Below are positions 47,773-57,046 of a DNA stretch of 64,000 bases, piece after piece; the stretch's first letter is position 1; each line of letters opens with the position of its first letter. Source of the DNA: an uncultured Mycoplasmatota bacterium (GTDB lineage Bacteria > Bacillota_I > Bacilli_A > RF39 > UBA660); assembly GCA_947574215.1 (NCBI GenBank), contig CANPIX010000003.1, positions 15,770 through 79,769 on the forward strand, read 5' to 3'. Position numbers and translations under genes: made by a program. The notes under the pieces were generated by a model, which was not told the DNA's origin, did not search any database, and saw nothing but the letters and a program-made list of their open reading frames with translations.

Positions 47773-49146
47773 TTATTTTAACACTTTTTTTAATTCTGTC
47801 GATAAATTTTTACTTTCTTCTAATAATTCCTTTTGTACTTCTAAAAAATGGCGAAAAGCTTCATTTATATTTTTACATTCAATTTTAAATGGTTTTCCAA
47901 AATTAATAATCAGCTTATGTTTCAAATTTTCGTCTTTTATCCAAAAAATGGTTATTGGCTGAACTATAGCGCCAGTATTTTTAGCAAGCGTTAAAAATGA
48001 AGGATCAAAATTTCCAAAATCCTGGCCATTGCTTCTTCTTGTTGTTCCTTCTGCAAAAATTCCCACCTTACCATTTATTTTTAAAAAATTATTCATTTCT
48101 TTTAAAGAATTAAAATTATTTGCATTTGGATTATCACTTATACGTTCAATAGGAAAATAAGAAAGTTTTTTAAAGCATTCTGAAGTTATTTTGCATAATA
48201 TTTTATTTTTACTGTTGTTAAATATGCTATCTTCTCCATCAAAAAATCTTTTTAAAGCGGCCCAATGTATATTCTCATCTATATAAGCATTTACAACTAA
48301 TGGATCTAGTGTACTTCTATGATTAGGTGCATAAATAACTGGTTCATCATAAGTATGAATTAAATTATTTTCGTTTAGAACTATTGGTTGAAAAATTTGC
48401 ATTATAGTAGGAATACTTAATCTAATGATATTATAAAAATTTTTTGATTCAATTTCTCTAGTGTAAAAATCTAATCTTTTTTCTAATAATTTATCCATTT
48501 TCTCAATTACATCGTTTTCTTCAAATGTTTCAATTTTTGCTGTTAATTTAGTATCCTTGATTTCGAAATTATGTTTTCCAGAAACACATATAGTTTTGAT
48601 TTTATTCTCATTTAAAGAATTAATTATTTCTGGTTTGTCTTCAAAAACTATTTGAGGATTTTGTTTAATAATTCCTTTTATTTTTTCTGAATCATTTTCA
48701 TAAAAATAATAATTTTCTTCTGGTAAATAAATTCCATTCATTCGATATTGCCAAATTGTAAATTTTCTTGCAATTTCCCCAATAATATTGTTTTCAGTTG
48801 TTTTAGCCCGCGATGTATGAACTTGAATTTCATGTCCTTGTTTAATAAATTTATTTACTAATTTTGAAACGCCTTCTCTAAATCTTGAAAATAAAGAAAA
48901 TTTTATAAATCTTATACTAATCCAAAATTTATCTAAGATCATTTTCATTTCTTTTTCAGCTTCTTCTGCTGTTAAGCCTTTTTCAGCCATTAATCTTTTT
49001 TTTAAATCTAACATATCTTCTATTTCTAATTCATCAGGATAAACTACTGTGTAACCATAATTTTTTTCAAAATAAGGAATTGCGTATTTTTGTATCCATT
49101 CGTTAAAATCAGTTAAGGTACCATCGGTATCGAAAATAATTTTCAT
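47773..49146 (-). CDS. Bifunctional HAD-family hydrolase / lysophospholipid acyltransferase (PlsC-like)
   Basis: N-terminal HAD motif I (IIFDTDGTLTD) and a C-terminal acyltransferase HxxxxD motif (NHRSTLDP). Confidence 0.55.
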   Translation of the reverse strand: MKIIFDTDGTLTDFNEWIQKYAIPYFEKNYGYTVVYPDELEIEDMLDLKKRLMAEKGLTAEEAEKEMKMILDKFWISIRFIKFSLFSRFREGVSKLVNKFIKQGHEIQVHTSRAKTTENNIIGEIARKFTIWQYRMNGIYLPEENYYFYENDSEKIKGIIKQNPQIVFEDKPEIINSLNENKIKTICVSGKHNFEIKDTKLTAKIETFEENDVIEKMDKLLEKRLDFYTREIESKNFYNIIRLSIPTIMQIFQPIVLNENNLIHTYDEPVIYAPNHRSTLDPLVVNAYIDENIHWAALKRFFDGEDSIFNNSKNKILCKITSECFKKLSYFPIERISDNPNANNFNSLKEMNNFLKINGKVGIFAEGTTRRSNGQDFGNFDPSFLTLAKNTGAIVQPITIFWIKDENLKHKLIINFGKPFKIECKNINEAFRHFLEVQKELLEESKNLSTELKKVLK

Positions 49147-49331
49147 AAAAACACCCCTCTTTAAGTTTGCTAATATAAAACAAATTTTTTTAAAATAAGC
49201 AAAAATCTGTTTAAAAATATATTTTTTTGTCTAAAATGCTCTTTTAATCACCTTTTTACTTTTTTTCATTATATTTCTTTCTAAAAAACTTCGCAATAAA
49301 AAAGAAATATTTTGTAACAAATTTGGTACAA

Positions 49332-49967
49332 TTATTTCTTACTAACTTTTAAATAATTAATTTTGATTCCTTCTTTTTTAAACTTCATTTCGTATTCGGT
49401 TTCGACATTTGGAATATCTGTGCTTGCTAAGTCTAGAGATATTTCTTCAAATTGATAACCATAATTATTTAAATTTTTTAAACTACTAGCAAATAAAATA
49501 AGATTGTCTGTTTTTTGAATAATTCTTCTCTCACTTACAAATAAATTTTCATAAATATTTAAGAAAATAGGACTTGTAAGTCGCCTTCTAGCATGACGAT
49601 TTTTCGGCCAAGGGTCAGAAAAATTTAAATAAATACAAGAAATTTCATGGTCAAAAACATCTACCAAATTCTTAGCATCGATGCAAAGCAATTTTAAATT
49701 AGGAAGCATTTCTTCTATCTTTTCTACAGCACGTACTAAAACACTTTCGTATTTTTCAATTCCAATGAAATTAATTTTTGGATTTTGTCTTGCCATTTCA
49801 TAAATAAACTTCCCTTTTCCCATACCAATTTCAATATGGATTGGATGGTTATTGTGGAAAATACTTTGGAATTTACCTTTTAACGTTTGGGGATCTTTTA
49901 TTACGTATTTGGAATTTTCTATTATTTCTTTGGCATTCTTTACATTTCTTAATCTCAACTTTATCAC
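49332..49967 (-). CDS. trmB: tRNA (guanine46-N7)-methyltransferase
   Basis: HIEIGMGKGKF SAM-binding motif; about 210 aa. Confidence 0.75.
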   Translation of the reverse strand: MIKLRLRNVKNAKEIIENSKYVIKDPQTLKGKFQSIFHNNHPIHIEIGMGKGKFIYEMARQNPKINFIGIEKYESVLVRAVEKIEEMLPNLKLLCIDAKNLVDVFDHEISCIYLNFSDPWPKNRHARRRLTSPIFLNIYENLFVSERRIIQKTDNLILFASSLKNLNNYGYQFEEISLDLASTDIPNVETEYEMKFKKEGIKINYLKVSKK

Positions 49968-50006
49968 TACTTTCTAACTTTTAACATATAATAGGAACAT
50001 AAGGAA

Positions 50007-50342
50007 GTGTTTTTTATGAAAAAAGACCGTAATGCCTTTTTTAATGAGGCGAATTTCTCACAATCTAGTTATATGGGAACACCTAATATGCCTATGAACC
50101 AAGGATTTCAAGGCCCTATGCCTGCTTATGGTTCTCAAGCCAGTCAAAGTTTTTATTCAGGACCTGTACCTACACCTAATTATGCACCAAATATGAATGG
50201 AGATATGAGCGATTTAGAATCCCGACTTGCAAAAATCGAACGTCAAATCAATCGTTTGGATGCTCGCGTTAGTAAATTAGAATCTAAAGGAATGGTCACT
50301 ACCGAAAACTTTGATAACACAACCAATATGTATATGCTTTAA
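50007..50342 (+). CDS. Hypothetical protein: Q/P/N/M-rich N-terminus with C-terminal coiled-coil
   Basis: ORF followed by a strong terminator. Confidence 0.4.
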   Translation: MFFMKKDRNAFFNEANFSQSSYMGTPNMPMNQGFQGPMPAYGSQASQSFYSGPVPTPNYAPNMNGDMSDLESRLAKIERQINRLDARVSKLESKGMVTTENFDNTTNMYML

Positions 50343-51985
50343 TCTATTCTTACCTTGCCGAAGGTAAGTTTTTTTATTATTTTGTTTATCATAGAATTTC
50401 CAAACACTTTGGTTAAAATCCCCATTTTATAAGTGATAGTTAAATACACAAAAGCTCCAACTATACTTATACTACTTATATATAAAATACAAGAAATTCT
50501 ACTATAATAATGAGTAGGAAGAATTAACTTTAATAAAAGAACGACAAGAAATAAAGAAAGTGTTGGAAAACATAATTTTTTGGTAAGGTTTATGGTATCT
50601 TTGTACGACAAACCATGAGCTTTTTTTAAATGCTTTAAAGACAAAAGAAACGCTAGAACATAGCCAGTAACGGTTGCAAGTATTGCCCCTAGATAAGGAG
50701 ATATGCCCAACTTATAAAACAACACCATAAAAGGAATATTTAATAAAACGTTGGTGGTAAGCCCTATAATTACACTTTTATAAACCACTTTTGATTTGTT
50801 AAGACCATGTAAAGCCGAATTAGTAACTAAGAACAAATTGTAAAATAACGACACAAGAATTTGTACTGAAAAAATTAAAGCTCCCATTTCGTTATATCCA
50901 TAAAACACACTCCAAACGGATTTTGAAAGCATGGACAAACCAATGCACATAGGAAGACAAATAACCAAAATAAGTTGCAATGCTTTATTAAAATTATAGT
51001 TGACCGCATCCCATTTTTTTAAGGTATATGCCCCAACAATAGTTGGAATTAAGCTGGTTACCATTCCAGTGGCAATCGAATTTACGATCATACTAATTTT
51101 TGTAGACCATGTGGTGATAGCGGTTGTGGCAAATTCTATCTGTGTGGTTTCTAGTCCCAAATGTTCTAATGTACGTAAAATCATAACCATATCTAAAAAA
51201 TTATTGATGGAAAAAGCAATTGTAATAATGATAAAAGGAATGGCATAAATACCTATTTTCTTCCCTATCTCTTTATTGGTTATAGTATCCTTTTCTTTAT
51301 GTTTAACAAGTCCAAGTTCAATTTTACTTTTAGACATTTTTCTAAATAGATAAAGAATTGCAACTGCCCCTCCAACACTTGCTCCAAAAACAGCTACGCC
51401 AATCGCATATTTCATAGGAATTTTTAAGATATAAAGTGCGAAATAAACTCCACCTAAAATGGTAAAAATACGAAATATTTGTTCCAATACTTGACTAATA
51501 CTGGATATCCCAATAATATTGTGCCCTTGTAAATAACCTCTTGTAATACTTAAAAAAGGAACTATTAATAAGGCAATAGATGTGATACGAATTACAAAAG
51601 TGACTTCTTCTATTGTTGTTCCACCACTTAAATTTCCTAAAATCAGAGTGGCAATTGGTTTGGCAAATAAAATAAGAAGGAAAAAAATAAATACAGAAAT
51701 TACACTTACCATTTGTAATCCAATTTTGAAAGCACGTTTTTTAGCGTCTTCCATTTTTAAAGTGTTATACTCTTTTATGATTTTGCTTAAAGCAAGGGGT
51801 AAACCAGCTGTTGAAATATCTAAAAATATAGCGTAAATATTATATCCATATGCGTACAAAGCACTTCCAGATTCTCCTACCATTGCATAAAAAGGAATGA
51901 CGTAAAGCATTCCTAAAATCTTTGTTATAACAATTGCAAAAGTAGCAATAATTGTTCCTTCTATAAATGAACTTTTTTTCATAGA
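50339..51985 (-). CDS. MOP-superfamily flippase (MurJ/SpoVB/Wzx-like polysaccharide biosynthesis protein)
   Basis: About 14 TM helices in the typical MOP architecture. Probable start MKKSSFIEG, since the ORF-track extension overlaps the upstream gene. Confidence 0.55.
   Translation of the reverse strand, partial: SMKKSSFIEGTIIATFAIVITKILGMLYVIPFYAMVGESGSALYAYGYNIYAIFLDISTAGLPLALSKIIKEYNTLKMEDAKKRAFKIGLQMVSVISVFIFFLLILFAKPIATLILGNLSGGTTIEEVTFVIRITSIALLIVPFLSITRGYLQGHNIIGISSISQVLEQIFRIFTILGGVYFALYILKIPMKYAIGVAVFGASVGGAVAILYLFRKMSKSKIELGLVKHKEKDTITNKEIGKKIGIYAIPFIIITIAFSINNFLDMVMILRTLEHLGLETTQIEFATTAITTWSTKISMIVNSIATGMVTSLIPTIVGAYTLKKWDAVNYNFNKALQLILVICLPMCIGLSMLSKSVWSVFYGYNEMGALIFSVQILVSLFYNLFLVTNSALHGLNKSKVVYKSVIIGLTTNVLLNIPFMVLFYKLGISPYLGAILATVTGYVLAFLLSLKHLKKAHGLSYKDTINLTKKLCFPTLSLFLVVLLLKLILPTHYYSRISCILYISSISIVGAFVYLTITYKMGILTKVFGNSMINKIIKKLTFGKVRID
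50349..50376 (+). terminator. Rho-independent terminator
   Basis: Stem TTACCTT/AAGGTAA with loop GCCG, followed by an 8-nt T-run. Confidence 0.7.
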
Positions 51986-51990
51986 ACCAC

Positions 51991-52182
51991 TCATTCTTTT
52001 GGACTGTAAACAACTAAAGCCGAAAAACAATAAATTTGCTCTTCTCCACAGACGGCTACAGCCACGTTGTACTTGATATCAATTATATCACTACTAGTAC
52101 TTGCTAGAAAAGCATTTATTGCTTTTTCTAAATCTTTTTCATGTGACTCATCAAATACTTTTACTCGCAAAAGAAACACCAC
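51991..52182 (-). CDS. Cse60-like small sporulation protein
   Basis: 63 aa. VKVFDESHEKDLE...GEEQIYCFSAL resembles B. subtilis Cse60 (YteV), recalled from memory. Confidence 0.4.
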   Translation of the reverse strand: MVFLLRVKVFDESHEKDLEKAINAFLASTSSDIIDIKYNVAVAVCGEEQIYCFSALVVYSPKE

Positions 52183-52212
52183 CTTTTTATTAATTTAACA
52201 TAAAAAAAGTGC

Positions 52213-52240
52213 AAAAAAAGACGATTACCCGTCTTAAATA
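52213..52240 (-). terminator. Rho-independent terminator for the upstream minus-strand genes
   Basis: Stem AAGACG/CGTCTT with loop ATTACC, followed by a U-run on the minus-strand transcript. Confidence 0.45.
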
Positions 52241-52600
52241 CAATAAATGTTTACAAACTCATTAAATTTTTCTATTTCTTTTTCAACTTTACTATACCAA
52301 ATCTCGTTACACCTTCCCTATTGTATTCCACAATTAAAACTTCTTTAACATACTTCTTTTTTGCTTTTATCTTCTATATAATACTTTCTTACTATTTTTT
52401 GTATACTTTCTTTTGTATTCTTCTCCTACTAAAGTATAATGAGAATAGGTATCACTTAAATAAGACAGTCTCCATGCAATAATAGCACCAACTTATTTTA
52501 ACAATCTGAAAAGAGTGATCTTTGGCACAATACTAGTTATCTTGGCCAACTTAATAGTGTGTTTACTAATTTGAATAATTGTATACTTCACCAAATGGAT

Positions 52601-52819
52601 TTATATATATTTTCTACTTTTTAAATATTTCCAAAGTACTGGGCAAATATTTTTAATATCTAGTTCTGTATGATTAAGTGCATAATTTAATATATCTAAC
52701 ATTTTACATGAATTATCTACGTAGCACATTTTTATTTTGTCTGTACTAACACCATGTTCTGTAAAGGTATGTAAATTCCATTTGTCCATTGTTATAGATT
52801 CTAAATTAGAATATTTCAA
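52601..52819 (-). CDS. Hypothetical small protein (72 aa)
   Basis: ORF overlapping the upstream 165-aa gene by 14 nt. Confidence 0.3.
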   Translation of the reverse strand: MKYSNLESITMDKWNLHTFTEHGVSTDKIKMCYVDNSCKMLDILNYALNHTELDIKNICPVLWKYLKSRKYI

Positions 52820-53303
52820 AGAAATATCCTGCTTTTATTAAATACTCTTTATCATATTTTTTTGCTTTTATTTGATCAATATCGTCAAAACTAAAGTCAA
52901 TACTCTCTTTAATATTTAAATTTAATAAGATATATTTTTTTAAAAACCAATCAAAATATTTATATGCAATAAATTTATGTAACTTATTAATTTCGGTCCA
53001 TTTAAAATATATATTAATAAATATTTTAGAAAATTTATTTTTTCCTCTAATTTTTGTTCCTAGTTTAAATACGTCTGGAATATGAGGATATTTTTCGCAA
53101 ACATTTATCCAACAATTAAATAAAATCAATAAGTTATCAAGTCCTTGGACAAAAAATACTTTTTTGGTATCTTCTAACGATTGAGCATGAAATGAGATTT
53201 TGGGTAATAATCCCTTTTCTTCAATTGAACATAAATTACTTTCTCTAGTAAAATGAAAATAATTGGAGTTTAAATCTTTTAAGTCTAGTTTATAATTTTT
53301 CAT
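52806..53303 (-). CDS. Hypothetical protein (165 aa)
   Basis: ORF only. Confidence 0.35.
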   Translation of the reverse strand: MKNYKLDLKDLNSNYFHFTRESNLCSIEEKGLLPKISFHAQSLEDTKKVFFVQGLDNLLILFNCWINVCEKYPHIPDVFKLGTKIRGKNKFSKIFINIYFKWTEINKLHKFIAYKYFDWFLKKYILLNLNIKESIDFSFDDIDQIKAKKYDKEYLIKAGYFFEIF

Positions 53304-53518
53304 TAAATATCACCTTATATCTAATATAATTATAACAAATTTTCACTTATTTTTTTATAGTACATGTTAGACTATCTTTTTGTACCGAATTCAATTCAAT
53401 ATCAATGATTCTTTCACTGGTATCCCATAATAATCTAAGTTTTTGCTTCTTATATATACTCTTAAACTAATTTCCAATATCTTTTTTATGAATTAAAAAA
53501 ATTAAAGCTTATTCCACT

Positions 53519-56335
53519 TTAATTTTTATCTTTTACTACAATATTAACAATTTTATTTGGAATTACAATTGTTTTGATAATCTCTTTTCCTTCTAAATAC
53601 TTTTTAACATTTTCTTCACTTAAAGCTTTTTCTTTAATTGCTTCTTCTTGATCTTCTATAGAAATCGTAATGGTTGCTCGAACCTTTCCATTTACTTGGA
53701 CCGCTATAGTTTTTTCACTATCAATGGTTTTTTCTTCATCGTATTGTGGCCAAGAAGATTCACAAATGGGAGCAAACCCTAAAGATTCATTTAATTCTTC
53801 GGTTGTATGAGGAGCAATTGGATTTAAAAGGGATAATAAGACTCTATATTCATCTTTGGTAATACTTTCTTTATCTTCGTAAGCGTTTGCAAGTATCATC
53901 AACGTAGAAACAGCGGTATTGTATGCCATTGTTTTTAAATCGTTAGTTACTTTTTTAATACTTTTATGAATTAAGGATTCTAAATCTTTTTGATAGCCTA
54001 TTTCTTCTCTTACTTTTTCTTTTAAACGAATCACTTTGTCAATAAAACGTTTACAACCACGTAAACTATCTGTACTCCAAGGAGCATCCATTTCATAATC
54101 TCCCATAAACATTTCGTATATGCGTAATGTATCTGCTCCATACTCACGCACAATATCATCTGGATTAATTACATTGCCACGAGACTTACTCATTTTTTCA
54201 TTATTAGAACCTAGTACCATACCATGGCTTACTCGAGTCCAAATCATTTCACTTTTTGGAACCAAACCTATATTGTGTAAAAATTGGACCCAAAATCTTG
54301 CGTAAAGTAAGTGTCGTGCGGTGTGTTCCATTCCACCATTGTACCAATCAACTCTTCCCCAGTAGTTCATGGCTTCTACTCCCGCAAATTCTTGAGTATT
54401 TTTAGGATCCATAAAACGTAAGAAATACCAAGACGAACCAGCCCAATTTGGCATGGTATCGGTTTCTCGTTTTGCTGGAGTACCACAATGTGGACAAGTG
54501 GTATTTACCCAATCACTTATTTTAGCCAATGGGCTTTCTCCATTATCTGTTGGCTCGTATTCTGCAACATCTGGAAGAAGTAGTGGCAAATCGTTTTCGT
54601 TCATTGGAACCCAACCACATTTTGGGCAATCCACCATAGGAATCGGTTCTCCCCAAAATCTTTGTCTTGAAAAAATCCAATCACGCATTTTATAATTGAC
54701 TTGCTTTTTACCACAACCTGTTTCTTCTAACCATGAAATCATTTTATCTATCGCTTCATCTTTATTTAATCCATCTAAAAAGTCAGAATGTATGTGAATG
54801 CCATCTCCTACCATAGCCCCTTCTTTTTTTGCATATTCAAAAGTTTTTAAATGAAGTTCATCTTTGATTTCGTTAAGAACCACTTTTTCTTCTACCCATT
54901 CCACATCGAAAACTTCATCTTGATCTAAGTGTTGTACATCTTTGTCATGATTTTTTAGTTTAAAAAATAAACCTGTGCATTCAATGGTAAAGTACTTATC
55001 TTTATTATGAGCGTAATAGTGATGATTGATTTTAGGAAGTTCACAAATAAATTCTACGTTTTTATAACCCGTTTCTTCAGCTATTTCACGGGTGGCACAA
55101 GTAAGTGCGTCTTCATTTTCTTTTCGAGTTCCACCAATAAATAAACGTCCCCCTAAACCATGCCAATTGATGGTTAAATATTTATCGTTTTCTTCATCAT
55201 AAACAATAGCCACGATAGAATCTTTTTTGGTTTCGTTTTCATGTGGAGTGCCTGTTACTTCTTCCAAAACTTGTTTGATAGTGATTCCAAACTTTTTGGC
55301 AAATTCATAATCTCTTTCATCGTGAGCGGGAACCGCCATAATTGCTCCTGTTCCATAAGAAGATAAAACATAATCACTTATATAAATAGGAATTCTTTCT
55401 TCATTTACAGGATTAATTGCATAGGATCCAATAAAGACTCCTGTTTTTTCTTTATTCAATTCCGTTCTTTCTAAATCATTTTTAAGAGAACAGGCATCAA
55501 TATAAGATTTTACTTCTTCTCTTTTTTCATCCGTAGTAATTTCGGCTACTAAAGTATGTTCTGGTGCAAGTACGCAATACGTTACACCAAATAGTGTATC
55601 AGGTCTTGTGGTGTAGACAGTAAACTCTTTATCCGTACCTTCTACTTTAAAACGAACTTCTGCTCCTGTAGATTTTCCAATCCAATTGATTTGTCCTAGT
55701 TTTACTTTAGAGGCAAAATTTGTATTTTCAAGTCCTTTAAGTAATTCTTCTGAATACTGACTCATACGAAGCATCCATTGTGATTTTTCTTTTTGTACGA
55801 CTTTAGTACCGCATCTTTCACAAACTCCACCCGCAGCGTCTTCATTGGATAGTACACTTTTACAGAGTGAACACCAATTTACAGGAATTTTTTCTTTATA
55901 CGCCATTCCATGTTTATAAAACTGTAAAAATTGCCACTGTGTCCATTTGTAATATTCTGGATCCGTTGTTGAAAATTCCCTAGACCAATCAAAAGAAAAA
56001 CCTAAAGATTCCATTTGTCCTTTAAAAGTTTTAATATTTTCTTTTACAGCGTCTTTTGGATGAATATGATTTTTTATAGCGTATTGTTCTGCTGGTGCCC
56101 CAAAAGCATCCCAGCCCATCGGAAACAATACGTTATATCCTTGCATACGCATCATTCTAGCCATTGCATCGTTGGCGGTATAACTCCTTACATGCCCAAC
56201 ATGAAGCCCAGCTCCTGAAGGATACGGAAATTCTACTAATATGTAATACGGATTTTTTCCTTCATTTTTTGTTTCAAACGTTTTGTGCTCTTTCCAATAC
56301 GTTTGCCATTTTTGTTCAATATTTTTAAAATTCAT
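53519..56335 (-). CDS. leuS: Leucyl-tRNA synthetase carrying an inserted Nudix-hydrolase domain
   Basis: Class I synthetase with HIGH (HVGH), the CP1 editing domain (TTRPDT, GTGAIMAVPAHDERD) and KMSKS. A segment of about 140 aa at residues ~358-500 contains a perfect Nudix box GGTRKENEDALTCATREIAEETGY. Confidence 0.85.
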   Translation of the reverse strand: MNFKNIEQKWQTYWKEHKTFETKNEGKNPYYILVEFPYPSGAGLHVGHVRSYTANDAMARMMRMQGYNVLFPMGWDAFGAPAEQYAIKNHIHPKDAVKENIKTFKGQMESLGFSFDWSREFSTTDPEYYKWTQWQFLQFYKHGMAYKEKIPVNWCSLCKSVLSNEDAAGGVCERCGTKVVQKEKSQWMLRMSQYSEELLKGLENTNFASKVKLGQINWIGKSTGAEVRFKVEGTDKEFTVYTTRPDTLFGVTYCVLAPEHTLVAEITTDEKREEVKSYIDACSLKNDLERTELNKEKTGVFIGSYAINPVNEERIPIYISDYVLSSYGTGAIMAVPAHDERDYEFAKKFGITIKQVLEEVTGTPHENETKKDSIVAIVYDEENDKYLTINWHGLGGRLFIGGTRKENEDALTCATREIAEETGYKNVEFICELPKINHHYYAHNKDKYFTIECTGLFFKLKNHDKDVQHLDQDEVFDVEWVEEKVVLNEIKDELHLKTFEYAKKEGAMVGDGIHIHSDFLDGLNKDEAIDKMISWLEETGCGKKQVNYKMRDWIFSRQRFWGEPIPMVDCPKCGWVPMNENDLPLLLPDVAEYEPTDNGESPLAKISDWVNTTCPHCGTPAKRETDTMPNWAGSSWYFLRFMDPKNTQEFAGVEAMNYWGRVDWYNGGMEHTARHLLYARFWVQFLHNIGLVPKSEMIWTRVSHGMVLGSNNEKMSKSRGNVINPDDIVREYGADTLRIYEMFMGDYEMDAPWSTDSLRGCKRFIDKVIRLKEKVREEIGYQKDLESLIHKSIKKVTNDLKTMAYNTAVSTLMILANAYEDKESITKDEYRVLLSLLNPIAPHTTEELNESLGFAPICESSWPQYDEEKTIDSEKTIAVQVNGKVRATITISIEDQEEAIKEKALSEENVKKYLEGKEIIKTIVIPNKIVNIVVKDKN

Positions 56336-56709
56336 TGTTCTTCTCTCCTTATCTTATTTACTAAATGTCTACCGTATATTTCATAAAGTGCATAAATGAG
56401 TAAAAACAGTAATACAAAACCAAGCCCCAATTGCACAAATAGGTAAGTATCGATACAACTTACAACGGTTCCAACACTTGATATAATAAAACTATTTATA
56501 AGCGTCATCCATTTCAATTCTTTTTTATAATTGATTTTTTTCTTTGAAATTTTAAATTTCTTTATCACGTAACTCATAAGCATAATGTTATCAAGTTTGC
56601 CTTTTTTTATCTTAATCGAATCAAAAATATAATTGATGAAAAACACAATACAAAATAGAACTAGAAAAAAATAAAGAATAAAGGATGGACTATTTATATC
56701 CATAAGCAT
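56332..56709 (-). CDS. Small 2-3 TM membrane protein co-transcribed with leuS, downstream of the T-box
   Basis: Likely start is the ATG at 56703 or 56709, with RBS AAGGTG, not the longer ORF-track start, which would overlap the T-box terminator. Confidence 0.4.
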   Translation of the reverse strand: MLMDINSPSFILYFFLVLFCIVFFINYIFDSIKIKKGKLDNIMLMSYVIKKFKISKKKINYKKELKWMTLINSFIISSVGTVVSCIDTYLFVQLGLGFVLLFLLIYALYEIYGRHLVNKIRREEQ

Positions 56710-56715
56710 CACCTT

Positions 56716-57000
56716 TCTAAAAAGAAAACACGACAACTCGCACATAAGGACGAATTTGCCGTGGTACCACCTTAATTTCTAGTAAATAACTAGCTTTAAC
56801 ATCTTTTATAGGGGATGAACCTAATACCGCTCTAAAAGCAAGTTCGTAAATTTTATTTGCTCATTTGCACCTACCATGAGCTCTCTTGAAAATAAAAATT
56901 TTACTACTACTCTTTTTTCATCGCTTGTATGTATTATAGTAAATTTTTTTATGGATTTCAATATCTATTCGAAAAATTACAAAACGATTTTTTTACTATT
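56716..57000 (-). promoter_or_regulatory. T-box riboswitch leader of the leuS operon
   Basis: AAUUAAGGUGGUACCACGGC plus terminator stem CACGGCAA.../...UUGUCGUG and a U-run. The 32-nt 3' segment is identical to the tyrS leader. Confidence 0.75.
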
Positions 57001-57046
57001 TTAATTAAGTTATCCTTTTTATATGAAAAAGTCAGATGTTCCCAAA

